From Amphiscolops sp. MND2022 (taxonomy: Eukaryota), in assembly GCA_964187785.1 (NCBI GenBank), contig OZ076409.1, positions 93,622,001-93,686,000 on the forward strand: a stretch of 64,000 bases of DNA, written 5' to 3'. How positions within the stretch are numbered: position 1 is the first letter of the stretch; the number at the start of each line of letters is the position of its first letter. The translations under genes were made by a program, and so were the position numbers. The notes below the pieces were generated by a model. It saw only the letters and a list, made by a program, of their open reading frames with translations, had not been told where the DNA came from and ran no database searches. Shown piece after piece: positions 38,524 to 48,484 of the stretch.

Positions 38524-40984
38524 CGGGCCATGTTCTCGGGGTAGAGGGCACGCTTTCCTGGTGCGCGCGCAACAGGCCCACTAGGTTCTCCTCTAGCTCT
38601 CTTTCAGACTTTAGGGTCGTGTATCCATGCGGCAATTCGCCACTCAATACAGCATGTATTACTCTTGGATACGCCAGTGAGGGACGACCTTGCAGGTAGG
38701 TGCTAAATGATACCATGTGTACTTGGACCGCTGCTGCCAAAGACTTGGTAGGATACCGGCACACGCCCGCAGCGCCAAAGATGGGGGCCAAGACAGGAGC
38801 CATGGCTGCCACAAAATCGTCTACCTCAGCCAGGGTGAGATCAGCGATCTGCTGCGGCAAAGGGAATCCTGCTGTTTCTCGTGGGATTTGTCGGTCTGAG
38901 TTGTGTAACGGTTGGGACTGGTCCACACCCACGAACAGACCAGAGGCAAACACCAAGGTGAAATACAACCAGTGTTGGACCGACGCACGCATGCGCTCCA
39001 ACTGGGCGGAGTAATCTTGTTGGTCCTTTGAGGTCATTAGGTGTCCCCAACGGGTCAGACTGCGAAATTGCCCTTGCGCTAGGACTAAGTAACTGTAGAA
39101 TACGGTGAGATCACAGGCAATCACAATGTCAACTAATAGGGCTAGTGGTCCGGCTACGAACTTCGTTGGACCCATCGCTAGCGCGAGCGCTAGTATTTCT
39201 CCGACAGTGGCCTCTCCAATGGTTTCTAGCAATTTGTCAGTTTGCGTGGTGGTAAGCGAAAACTCGGAAGTTACCACCTCAAGGTTCCATCCCAGACCAA
39301 GACTGGTGCAGAAGGCTTCTAATGGACAATTGAGCTCTCGAGCTACTTCTGCCAGAGTCCTGGTGGCAAATCTGATTTGATACCAGTTGGCATAAGTGGT
39401 AGCAGCGGCGTCGACTTCGGCCTTTAGATTGGTTGCTTCAATTGCCACGATGCACCGCAGACCTACGGACAGCTTCACGGGCTCGATTCCTGAGGCGAAG
39501 TGGATCTGTGGAATCGTTCTCTCAACGGTGCGCGCTGCAGGCCATGCACCGATTTGCTTCGTCAGCTCGGCCAGTTCCGTGCGCACTGGAATTTCTTTGT
39601 CCTGGCGTACCAGCCAATTGTAGCGACGAACAGCCTCTCGTTCAGTCACATTTGACTCACGGGCGATGCGGTTGCCGTCGAGGTCGAAGGCCATCCGCCC
39701 CATTCGCATTCCATGGTCGTAGAGAATGGCGTCGTCGATAGTCAACTGGGCATTTCCTGAGTGTTCTACAGCGACGAGCGCTCTAGATATAGCGGCGAAG
39801 AAGGCTGGATTTGATAATGTGTTGGGGCGCAGATCCTCTCGGTCTACGCGCAGGTTTGGTGCACAAATGGCGAATTCGACTCTGCATGCCTTGCTGACCT
39901 CCAGCAGAAGGTAGACAAACTGCTGCAAACTTCGTGGCCAGTACCTAAATCCTGGCGGGGATACAAAGAGCGCGAGCGCTCCCAGGCGACCCCGAAGGAT
40001 CCCTGCGGCATGTTCCATTGCGCCAACAACCGCGTTCACTAAGGCTGCAATGTTTCCAGGTCGTCTGACATCACCCCGATGTTTCACCATCGGACCCGGG
40101 GTGACTGAGGCAGTTTCTTCGGTGAGTCGCTTCCTCCCGGCTTCTTCACGAGCGCCAGTAGCAGCGCTTGCGCTATTGCTTGGTCCAGCAGCATTTTCTA
40201 CATCCATGGACGCTGTCTCGACTAGAGGAGCAGGAGGATCACAGCCCGAGGGCTGAGCGGCGGCTTTCAAATAAGTGGCTAGTCCAGGGATCCTCTGCTC
40301 TACAGCACGAACAAAATCAGAGGAGTTCGGGTAGTTGGCTACTGCCTGTAATGCCACAATTACGGCCTGCTCGCCGGTACTCCTTCCAGTTAGGTCTGGG
40401 TTTGGTATGGGTGGCAACCGGGACCCCGAGGGCTCCCGATCAGAGACTGGTGCACTAGTTGTAGTTTGCAATACCATGTGTGGCGCTCGGTACGACGTCC
40501 CAAGGGCAGGCGAACCGGAATAGGTCGGCGTCATTGGTATTGGCTGCGGCGCTGGTGGTGGCAACGCGACCATCTGTGGTGGCGGCATTGTTGCAATGTT
40601 GGCAGGCACCATACATAGGGAAGCTTCTTGCTCGAACCTCGTGCCCTGGCTTGGGCCAAGCATTGTGGTGGAGCGTTCATCTAGAAATTGATGTGTCAAG
40701 TCGTGGCCATCCCATGCATTGTTCTGGCAGGTTAGTGTGCGACGGTATCCAGCTACCTCCGTCACAAGAGACACGGATACACCTGGCAGCGTCTGCGTCG
40801 TGTCTAGTTGAGTGAGCAGGGCGGCCACGCCCGCTACCGCTAACGGTGAAAGGCCGTTCCTCAATCGCTCCTCTACATATTGGACTTGATTAGTCCTCTG
40901 CGCTCGCGCAGGCAATTCTTGAGACCTATTGCTATGAGGTCCCGTTGTAGGGATAGGCACCGTGTTGTTGGGGTAATAAGCCAT
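38498..40984 (-). CDS. Accessory ORF2 (828 aa) at env position, not a recognisable Env; SGNH-like segment
   Basis: Long ATG ORF, same sense as pol, 286 nt after the pol stop; no signal peptide; FVSPPG...ICAPNLRV...DLRP...AAISRAL segment. Confidence 0.8.
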   Translation of the reverse strand: MAYYPNNTVPIPTTGPHSNRSQELPARAQRTNQVQYVEERLRNGLSPLAVAGVAALLTQLDTTQTLPGVSVSLVTEVAGYRRTLTCQNNAWDGHDLTHQFLDERSTTMLGPSQGTRFEQEASLCMVPANIATMPPPQMVALPPPAPQPIPMTPTYSGSPALGTSYRAPHMVLQTTTSAPVSDREPSGSRLPPIPNPDLTGRSTGEQAVIVALQAVANYPNSSDFVRAVEQRIPGLATYLKAAAQPSGCDPPAPLVETASMDVENAAGPSNSASAATGAREEAGRKRLTEETASVTPGPMVKHRGDVRRPGNIAALVNAVVGAMEHAAGILRGRLGALALFVSPPGFRYWPRSLQQFVYLLLEVSKACRVEFAICAPNLRVDREDLRPNTLSNPAFFAAISRALVAVEHSGNAQLTIDDAILYDHGMRMGRMAFDLDGNRIARESNVTEREAVRRYNWLVRQDKEIPVRTELAELTKQIGAWPAARTVERTIPQIHFASGIEPVKLSVGLRCIVAIEATNLKAEVDAAATTYANWYQIRFATRTLAEVARELNCPLEAFCTSLGLGWNLEVVTSEFSLTTTQTDKLLETIGEATVGEILALALAMGPTKFVAGPLALLVDIVIACDLTVFYSYLVLAQGQFRSLTRWGHLMTSKDQQDYSAQLERMRASVQHWLYFTLVFASGLFVGVDQSQPLHNSDRQIPRETAGFPLPQQIADLTLAEVDDFVAAMAPVLAPIFGAAGVCRYPTKSLAAAVQVHMVSFSTYLQGRPSLAYPRVIHAVLSGELPHGYTTLKSERELEENLVGLLRAHQESVPSTPRTWPGELVLRTS

Positions 40985-41016
40985 TATTTCATAGGTCTAA
41001 AAAGGACTAACGTTAG
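40985..41016 (-). promoter_or_regulatory. Putative branch point and splice acceptor for ORF2
   Basis: Minus strand CTAAC gttagtcc TTTTTAG| then 12 nt to the ORF2 ATG. Confidence 0.5.
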
Positions 41017-41270
41017 GCTTACTAGGTGCATTATGGGGAGAGCTTAAGGCTCATCATCCAGTTACAGTGGTGCCAAAACGGCTCCACAAGGGATCCGCAA
41101 CAAGTTTAAATTGCAGTTCAACTAACTAATTAGAACAAAAAGAAAGTGGTTATTGAATAATACACTACAAGTTAATCATTCCATGAGAGAGTTTAAGACT
41201 TCCTCATAGGTATGACAATTACCAGGGTGGGGAGATTAGGGAGGGGGCAACAGAAGAGAGCTTGGGCAGG

Positions 41271-41958
41271 CTATTGCGGCCCTATGCTCAGTATAGACAC
41301 ATACACGCAGTTGTGCAGCACCACGTGAATGCCAGTACCCTCAAGCAAATTCGTTAGGGTATGGTACAGATTGTCCAATGAGAAGGCGGGTCGCTCTGGA
41401 TCCAATATAGGTAGGTGGACCCTCGTGGATCCTTTCTCTATCAAATGCTGTATCAAGTGCGTCATACAACGCAGGTAATCGTCGGTGAGCAGCGGCGCAC
41501 GCTGATTTGCTCTGATTTTCAGTAGGTGAATACTCTATTTGGGGTTAGGATTGATATCAGAGGGAATGGTGAGGATTTCTCCCACCTTGGGCCGAAGGGA
41601 GAACACAATCTCCTTGCCACATTCCCGTAGCGCGTACCGTAGGGCGGCTGAGTTAGTCTCTAGGTCAGCGGGACACGCTAACACTATATCACCCTCAACT
41701 TGTAGAAAGTCAGTCACATCAAATGAGAGGTGTTCTGTCGGGGCTGGATACAGCACTCCCGGGTAGATACTTTCTCTCCCCGGCCCATTGTCGGCAGGCA
41801 AACATACGCGGGGCGTACGCCCCTGGACTGCAGCCAGGTCTTGCCAAACCGAGCGTGGCATCGCTCGATTATCACTGCTCGCTTTGACCCATGTGTCCAG
41901 GATGCTCAAAGCGGCTTTTGGGGAAAGTGGAATTTCGAAAGAATGAGTCCACTCGTCA
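41271..41958 (-). pseudogene. pol: Pol C-terminus: second macrodomain-like unit
   Basis: Joins IN ORF by a 1-nt frameshift (~41958, LL-DEWTHSF); ORFs 41535-41909 and 41271-41465 are one frame split by a TAG; DFLQ...VLACPADL...KVGEILTI...IHLL...VHLPILD pattern. Confidence 0.65.
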
Positions 41959-44932
41959 GCAATCTAATGCGGGGGTAAATGGTGAAACAAGCAATGATCA
42001 GTTCCAACCACCACGCAAACTTCACTTTGCCACGATACCAGTCTATAATGTGAAAGCAAAGTTTCAAGTCCGCAGTAGTGAGGGTCCTTAGACCTTCAAA
42101 ACAGGATAACAAGTGCAGTGGTTCCACTATTGCCTCCACTCGTGGAGCAGTAACCAGCAACCACCAGTGCGGTGCTGGGCTATACACCCCGCCCGGGTCC
42201 ACATGATTTCCGTATTTGTCACCGAGAAGATCAGCGGTGATGCATCGGACCATTTGCACAGGCTCCCGTTCAAAGTTGAATGGTCCGAACGCGATGTTGC
42301 TGGGTATGGGGGGCATCACCGTGGTAAGGGTAAACTCTAACCCCTTTCCGTCGCTAGTCCACTCCTTGAATCGGGGGGATGGAGCTTTTGCTACTCCAGG
42401 TGATGATAACTTCTCAAGGATAGTGTCCACGGGGTGATCTCCGGATCGCTCTACGGCGGAGTAGGTTTTCTCGGCCCGCACTGTAAGGCGGTACACTAGG
42501 TTTTCTCCCCGTTCCGGAGGAACTCCCCGGGCTCCAGTAGGAACCCTCCGGTTCTCATTAACGGCTAACAAGCAGACACAGTCTCGCAGCCCACAGGTTC
42601 CGCATTTGTAACGTGGCTGCCGCTTGCTACTCAACTGGTATCGAGGAGCTTCGGAAGTCTCAGTCGGCATTGCTGTTTCTGATGGAATCGTTGTTGGCGT
42701 TTCCTTCTTCCTTGTTCTTGCCTTCGCTCTAACCAGCCGTTTTCGCGTTTTGGGTCTCCCCCTCCCCCTTTTGAAAGAACGAGCGGTCCCCGCTCCGGGC
42801 AACGTTGAGGGAAGAGTAGGCACATTGGACTGAGCGTCGTCATCCTCACTGGCTGACTTCAGAGGAAGTGAAGGAGCAATCGGCCAGATGGGATAATTGT
42901 TAAGGAAACTCGTCAATGATGGATTTGTCAACAATGGGGCTGATGTTCCCAATAGGGAGGACTGTTTTTCGGGAGAAGATATTCGTGGTGACAGAGAGCG
43001 CGCACGCTCATGGTCAGAGAATAGTTCAGGTAGGCGCTGGGTAGGTGATACTGATTGATCTGAAGTGGGCTGGGGAACTTCGGGTTCCGTTCGATCAGCA
43101 TTGACGGGATCAGGAGGTATCGGCAACATGACTTCAGGCAGTTCATCGTCAGTACCCGAGGTGGAGTAGTCAAACTGCTGGTAGTGCATGCGGGATCCTC
43201 CAGCACGCAGCTTCGTGCGTAAGCGGGTATCCGTCCAATGGTGATTGCGCGAAGGCAAGGATACGTCAGATGCCTCTGAAAGCAATTGTTCGGTTTTATA
43301 TGAAGGCTGAGATTTATCATCATCAACCACGTCGATGGAACGTTCAGGGTCAGGGTCCATGAGTACCACTATTTCGCCGCTGTCCGCTTGCGTGGCGGCG
43401 AGCTCAAGTGGCCCACTGTGATGAGGTTTCAGGCGCTCAAATTGAACCTTTTGGCCTGTGTCCAACACGTAAACACGTCCTTCTTGGAAGAACTGTACTA
43501 CCTTATGCGGGCCACGCCAGGCACGCATTAATTTGGGGGAGCCTTTTTGCGGCACGTAGCGGCAAAAGACCCAGACAAGCTCTCCTGGCTGGTAGGCCCG
43601 TGCTCGAATGGCACGATCATATTTCAACTTTTGACGTAATTGGGCCTGGTGCGTATTACGCCGGACCAAGTCATGAATTTCCTGTTGGCGAGCCAACACA
43701 TGATCCACGTATGCTTCATGCGTATCAAAGGATTTGGCTGCAAATTCAGGATACAAAAAGGTGAGAGGGATAGCTTTCTCTACACCTCGAGTCAACATGT
43801 AGGGTGAGAAGCCAGTGGTGGCGTGCCTGGTAGAGTTATAGGCACCAATTACTTCATCTAGGCATTGGTCCCAATCGCGCATGCGACGCGAGCAAAAGAC
43901 TCGCAATAAGGTTAAGAGGGTGCGGTTTTGTCGTTCCACCAAACCCTGAGTTCGAGGATGCTCGGCGGTGGAAGTCACTTTGGTGACGTAAGCTGCCTTC
44001 AAGAACTCATTAGAGACTTCGGCAGTCAGGTTCGGAGCATTGTCGGATTGCATGCGAGTGGGTGTGCCATGGCGGGCAAACCATTTCTGCAGCAATAATC
44101 GTGATGTGGTCACTGCAACATAGTCGTGATGACTACTAGGGACCGCCTCTGCAAATTTGGAAAAATGGTCTATGATGACCAAAATGCCTGTGTTATAGCC
44201 ACTCTGAATAATTTTTAACTGAAACCGTACGTCACCGGGCTTGTCACGCACTTGTTGACAGGTGAGGCACTGGCCGACGTATCGACCAACACTGCGCCGT
44301 ATGCCGGGCCAGGTGTGGCGCTCTTGAATTCGAGCTACCACCTTTGAGATACCTTGATGTCCCATGGCATCGTGCGCACGGAACAGGATTTCATGCTGGT
44401 ACAATTGGGGCATTATGATCATGCACGGACGTTCGTGCAATGGGCGTTGGGTGGGTGAGTATTGCACACAAAGGACATCATTCTTGTTTATGAACAAGAG
44501 GTCCTTTTTCTGGCGAAAATAGTTACGTGCGAATTCACGCACGTTCTCAGGAAACACGTCGTTGTCAATGGATTCACATTGCACGAGCTTTTTCAGTGCT
44601 AGCACATGGACATCACGGTTTTGGGCTAGGACCAAATCCTTGATCCCATGCACGGTATGAGTGTATTCATGGAGCTCCGTGTCAATGTCCTTGGGGGCCA
44701 TGATTGACTCTCGCACGCCAGAAGGGGTATTCTGCAGTGTGGCGGTGTTTGTTCCCGCTACAGAATAGATAGTGCGAGAGGGGACGTTTACTGCATGTGT
44801 TGGCAGCAGGTAGTCCTCGCTCGCCTCAGAGGTGACGTCGATCCAGTCTTCTGGATAGTCTGGGTAGAAGTCCTCGTGCGTCCTTCGCCTGTTGTTCTCG
44901 CTTATTCGCCCGTTGCGCACGGCGAAGCACAC
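41906..44932 (-). CDS. pol: Integrase (HHCC, core, GPY/F) plus long C-terminal extension
   Basis: HDAMGH...CLTC, IIDHFSK, QSDNAP, GLVERQNRTL, WRGPHKV; tail has KRGRGRPK, CGTCGLRDCVC and a macro-like unit. Confidence 0.95.
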   Translation of the reverse strand: MCFAVRNGRISENNRRRTHEDFYPDYPEDWIDVTSEASEDYLLPTHAVNVPSRTIYSVAGTNTATLQNTPSGVRESIMAPKDIDTELHEYTHTVHGIKDLVLAQNRDVHVLALKKLVQCESIDNDVFPENVREFARNYFRQKKDLLFINKNDVLCVQYSPTQRPLHERPCMIIMPQLYQHEILFRAHDAMGHQGISKVVARIQERHTWPGIRRSVGRYVGQCLTCQQVRDKPGDVRFQLKIIQSGYNTGILVIIDHFSKFAEAVPSSHHDYVAVTTSRLLLQKWFARHGTPTRMQSDNAPNLTAEVSNEFLKAAYVTKVTSTAEHPRTQGLVERQNRTLLTLLRVFCSRRMRDWDQCLDEVIGAYNSTRHATTGFSPYMLTRGVEKAIPLTFLYPEFAAKSFDTHEAYVDHVLARQQEIHDLVRRNTHQAQLRQKLKYDRAIRARAYQPGELVWVFCRYVPQKGSPKLMRAWRGPHKVVQFFQEGRVYVLDTGQKVQFERLKPHHSGPLELAATQADSGEIVVLMDPDPERSIDVVDDDKSQPSYKTEQLLSEASDVSLPSRNHHWTDTRLRTKLRAGGSRMHYQQFDYSTSGTDDELPEVMLPIPPDPVNADRTEPEVPQPTSDQSVSPTQRLPELFSDHERARSLSPRISSPEKQSSLLGTSAPLLTNPSLTSFLNNYPIWPIAPSLPLKSASEDDDAQSNVPTLPSTLPGAGTARSFKRGRGRPKTRKRLVRAKARTRKKETPTTIPSETAMPTETSEAPRYQLSSKRQPRYKCGTCGLRDCVCLLAVNENRRVPTGARGVPPERGENLVYRLTVRAEKTYSAVERSGDHPVDTILEKLSSPGVAKAPSPRFKEWTSDGKGLEFTLTTVMPPIPSNIAFGPFNFEREPVQMVRCITADLLGDKYGNHVDPGGVYSPAPHWWLLVTAPRVEAIVEPLHLLSCFEGLRTLTTADLKLCFHIIDWYRGKVKFAWWLELIIACFTIYPRIRLLTSGLILSKFHFPQKPL

Positions 44933-45077
44933 GAAGTGCTTGGTTAGGAGCCTTAGGCTCCAGGTTCTGCAGATGTGCTGGTAGGTCAGGGTGATTTGGA
45001 ATTACTCGACCTTGCAGGTCGAACCACGGGGCTACTGGGAGGTTGTCGAATTCCTCGGCTGAGAGGAAATTCCAACG

Positions 45078-46022
45078 CTAACCTGCGGCTGGCAGCTGCG
45101 CAAGCTGCTTTTCTCGGCATCGATAGTCGTTAGTTCGTTTACTCAAGCCATCAGCATTGCGGTGTTGAGTTCGTGGTCGGTGTTGCACACGAAAGTGATA
45201 CTTGTTGTCCAAGGTCATAATCCATCGACCAATCAATGCTTGGTCCGTAGAATACGTCTTCAACCAGGACAGGGCTTGATTATTGACTCTCAGGGTGAAC
45301 TTTCGGGGGCAAAGGTAGCTGTGGTTTTTCAGGATGAAGTAATAGGCTGCAAACATTTCTAGCTTGGGTGCCCCATACTTGGCTTGGGTGGTGGTGAGTT
45401 TCTTGCTACCGTATATGATCGGTCGCAGGCGTCGCTCTCCTGGAGCTCCTTGCCACTGATGTAGAATGCCGGATATGGCAACAGCGCTGGCATCAGTATC
45501 CAGCACAAACTCTCCCTCAGCAGTCGCCTCAATCAGTGCTTTCTTGATCTCTTTGAAGGCTTTTCGTTTTTCGGGACCCAACGCAAATGTGGCATTCAGT
45601 CCGGTGACGGCATGCAGGGGTGCGACCAACTTGGCATGCCACGGGATGAAATCACGATAGTAACTGGCGAATCCCAAAAAGCTTTGCATTTCCGTCTTGT
45701 TGCGAGGGATTTCCCAGTCGCGCAATTTGGCAACACCCTTTGGGTCCGGCTTGACACCTTCTGCAGAGACCACGCGTCCCAGATACTTGATTTCCGATTT
45801 CATGAAATCACATTTGGCTACGCGCATCTTGAAGCCAGCCTCGTGGAGGCATTCAAAGACTTCACGCAAACGCGCCATGTGATCTTCTACTGTCTCCGTT
45901 GCTATCACTATGTCATCAATGTAGGCCATGACCATACTGCCTTTGCGATTGACTATTTTCTGTAGCGCTCGCGCTATTGCTCGCTGGAAAGTGGCTGATG
46001 CATTGCACAAGCCGAATGGCAT
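45078..46022 (-). CDS. pol: Reverse transcriptase core and RNase H
   Basis: MPFGLCNASATFQ, YIDD, YLG, LDTDAS, KLE, HRNADGLSKR. Confidence 0.97.
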   Translation of the reverse strand: MPFGLCNASATFQRAIARALQKIVNRKGSMVMAYIDDIVIATETVEDHMARLREVFECLHEAGFKMRVAKCDFMKSEIKYLGRVVSAEGVKPDPKGVAKLRDWEIPRNKTEMQSFLGFASYYRDFIPWHAKLVAPLHAVTGLNATFALGPEKRKAFKEIKKALIEATAEGEFVLDTDASAVAISGILHQWQGAPGERRLRPIIYGSKKLTTTQAKYGAPKLEMFAAYYFILKNHSYLCPRKFTLRVNNQALSWLKTYSTDQALIGRWIMTLDNKYHFRVQHRPRTQHRNADGLSKRTNDYRCREKQLAQLPAAG

Positions 46023-46042
46023 TCGTCGCCATTCGAAGAGTC

Positions 46043-46705
46043 CTAACTCACAGGCAAAACGGTCTTGTGGCAGTCCGCCTTTCGCGAGGGAATTTGCCAG
46101 ATGGCACAGGCAAGATCTATGCTAGTGTAGATCTTTGCATTGCCCAGTCGCGCCAGGCTTTCATCAATGCGAGGCAGGGGGTAGGCATCCTTAATGGTTA
46201 CTTCGTTTAGCGGTCGGAAGTCACAGCAAAAGCGCAACTCCCCGCTTTTCTTTTTTACCATTACGATACCACTTGCCCAAGGGGACAGCGAGGGCTGTAT
46301 CATCCCCAAGGCCAGCAGGCTTCGAACCTCTTGGTTGGCACGTTCAGCCTTTTCGGGGGACATTCTGCGAGCACCTTCACGGTGCGTAACAGCCCCAGGC
46401 TCTACCTCTATCGTGTGTTTAGCAATGGTGCAGCGGCCGATGTCAGCCTTACGCTTCATGAAGAGGTCGTCGAACTCGTTAAGAATATTGCCCAAGGACT
46501 CGCAGGCGCTAGCGCCCCAGAGCTTCTTAACCTCTTGCAATTGAGAATCTGGCCCAGGGATCGGGGCCAGTAGGTCCGGGTCAGTGCGTTTACGAATCTC
46601 GCGCTCCGAAAGCCCTGCTTCACTTGAATCCGTCGAGGACAAAAACTCAAATTCAGACGAAGAAGTCAACTCAGAAGCAGTGGATAGATTCATTTCACCG
46701 TACAC
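46043..46705 (-). CDS. pol: RT N-terminal part
   Basis: SPWASGIVMVKKKSGELRFCCDFRPLN...DAYPLPRIDE; in frame with gag-pro across a TGA. Confidence 0.95.
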   Translation of the reverse strand: MYGEMNLSTASELTSSSEFEFLSSTDSSEAGLSEREIRKRTDPDLLAPIPGPDSQLQEVKKLWGASACESLGNILNEFDDLFMKRKADIGRCTIAKHTIEVEPGAVTHREGARRMSPEKAERANQEVRSLLALGMIQPSLSPWASGIVMVKKKSGELRFCCDFRPLNEVTIKDAYPLPRIDESLARLGNAKIYTSIDLACAIWQIPSRKADCHKTVLPVS

Positions 46706-46723
46706 TTTATAAACAAAATTTGC

Positions 46724-48484
46724 TCAACCGTTGTCGGCTTCAGTTTCATGATCAGTTTTTGCAGTGGCGTCCAGATTTTGGGGCACAGACTGATATACTA
46801 AAGACACAGGCACTACCGTGCCCAAGTGGGCACCACATCGTACACGCTGCGGGTTGCTGGTGAGGTTTACCAGACTCACGTACAATGTTCCTGTCTCACT
46901 GACAGTGGCCACGCTGTCCTCTAAAAAGATGGTATTTTGCAACAAGGGATCAGACAACGAGGCGTTAAGCGCCACGGTCTGAAAGATTAGTGGTTCAAGC
47001 GCGTCAGTGACGAGTTTAGCCTTTGCCACTGTACGCTCGAAAGGCTGTAGGACCACATCACTGTCCAGAGTAACGGGAGTAGTTAGCGAAGCGTCACCTA
47101 CCTGGGTGTGTGCATGATGCCAGACTGGCTTCACTGGCGCTCGCACCACTATCTTCATGGATGTTAGGTCCACCAAGACTTGATAGGAACGGAGGAAGTT
47201 TCGACCCAACAGTAAGTCCTCCACACCCATTGCGTCATCTACCACGACAAAGTTGGTCACGAGTTCATACCCTCCCAATTGGAAGCGAACCCGTTCAGCT
47301 AACCCGAAGGTCTTTATCGTCTTCCCATTGGCGGCGTATAAGTCAATTTGATAGGGTTTCAGGACCGCACCGGTCCGTGCAGCTACCCGATTAAAGGCGG
47401 AGAAGGTCAATATCGACACGCCTGAACCAGTATCTACCAAGCCTCGCAGTGGGATGGGTGCCGCATGGGGCACCACAAAGGAGACAACAAGCGACGCACG
47501 CTCGTCTATCCGCGCCTCTCCAGTGGGCTCTTGGTGGTTGATGTTGTAGCATTTTAGCTCTTGAGGTCCCAAGCATAGGCCGGGTGGGAATACATCTACC
47601 ACCACGCAGGCCTCGAATTTCACGTCCACGCCGTCCATCGTTGCACAGACTGGTACCGGGAAGTACGTAGTCAAGGTTTCTGACTCTGTGTGGGCGGCAA
47701 CACCAGCGGATTCAACCTCAGCCCATCGATTGTAGGCCAATTCGTCACTGGGTCTTGGGGCGTGAGAATGCTCACCACATGGAACATCCACGTGATCAAA
47801 GACTCCACAGTGCGTACACTGATGAATGCCTGGATAACTCTCCAACACGCCATCAGTCACGTCTTCAGCAGTGACCTTCACAGCTTCTGGCTCAGGGGCT
47901 GCTACTGGTTTACGAGCCTGGTCGCGGGTGGGACAGTCCCGAGCGAAATGCCCAGCTTGTCCACAATTGAAGCACGCGCCAGCAGGTAAGCGTGCTGCGG
48001 GTGGCGCCGCTGCCTGATTTGGCGGGGCATTGCTCGCAGGTGGGGGAGGCATTACCCCTTGAGGCAGCACCATTTTGTTGGGAGGTAGTGGTGCAAAAGG
48101 ATGAGGTCTAGACCTCATCGCTAATCTGGGATCATAGGGTTGCGGGAATTGGGTGGGTTTGGGACAATTGTGTTGCAATTGGCGGGTGGTGAAACGAAGA
48201 GATTCCACTATGGATGGTTCAGTTAGGAAGGCTTCTGAGGCGTACACTATAGCAAGCTCCCGCCTCAATGCTGGGTCTCGCACGCCTTCCATAAAGCGCT
48301 GCAGGATTTCATAGCGCTTGGTAGTGATAGCCTCTTGCGGGAGTCCCTGACTACTAAGACCCTCTAGAGCGTCTAGATACTGCATCCAGTCCTCTTTCTC
48401 ATGTTGAATGCGGCTTTGGAAGGCTTGTCGCACTTGCATGCGATTTCCTCCGGCGCCAAAGCGGCTAGATAGCAACTCAAACAC
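46724..48484 (-). CDS. gag-pol: Gag capsid C-terminus, two CCHC knuckles, aspartic protease, dUTPase-like beta region
   Basis: CFNCGQAGHFARDC and CTHCGVFDHVDVPC (both CX2CX4HX4C); LVDTGSGVS; LLLGRNFL. Confidence 0.93.
   Translation of the reverse strand: MFELLSSRFGAGGNRMQVRQAFQSRIQHEKEDWMQYLDALEGLSSQGLPQEAITTKRYEILQRFMEGVRDPALRRELAIVYASEAFLTEPSIVESLRFTTRQLQHNCPKPTQFPQPYDPRLAMRSRPHPFAPLPPNKMVLPQGVMPPPPASNAPPNQAAAPPAARLPAGACFNCGQAGHFARDCPTRDQARKPVAAPEPEAVKVTAEDVTDGVLESYPGIHQCTHCGVFDHVDVPCGEHSHAPRPSDELAYNRWAEVESAGVAAHTESETLTTYFPVPVCATMDGVDVKFEACVVVDVFPPGLCLGPQELKCYNINHQEPTGEARIDERASLVVSFVVPHAAPIPLRGLVDTGSGVSILTFSAFNRVAARTGAVLKPYQIDLYAANGKTIKTFGLAERVRFQLGGYELVTNFVVVDDAMGVEDLLLGRNFLRSYQVLVDLTSMKIVVRAPVKPVWHHAHTQVGDASLTTPVTLDSDVVLQPFERTVAKAKLVTDALEPLIFQTVALNASLSDPLLQNTIFLEDSVATVSETGTLYVSLVNLTSNPQRVRCGAHLGTVVPVSLVYQSVPQNLDATAKTDHETEADNG

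Noticed and set aside
38498..40984. env gene call
   Set aside because: Position fits but there is no signal peptide, cleavage site or Cys-rich ectodomain.
46706..46726. Programmed stop read-through between protease and RT
   Set aside because: One of several scattered in-frame stops; a CGA-to-TGA mutation is simpler.
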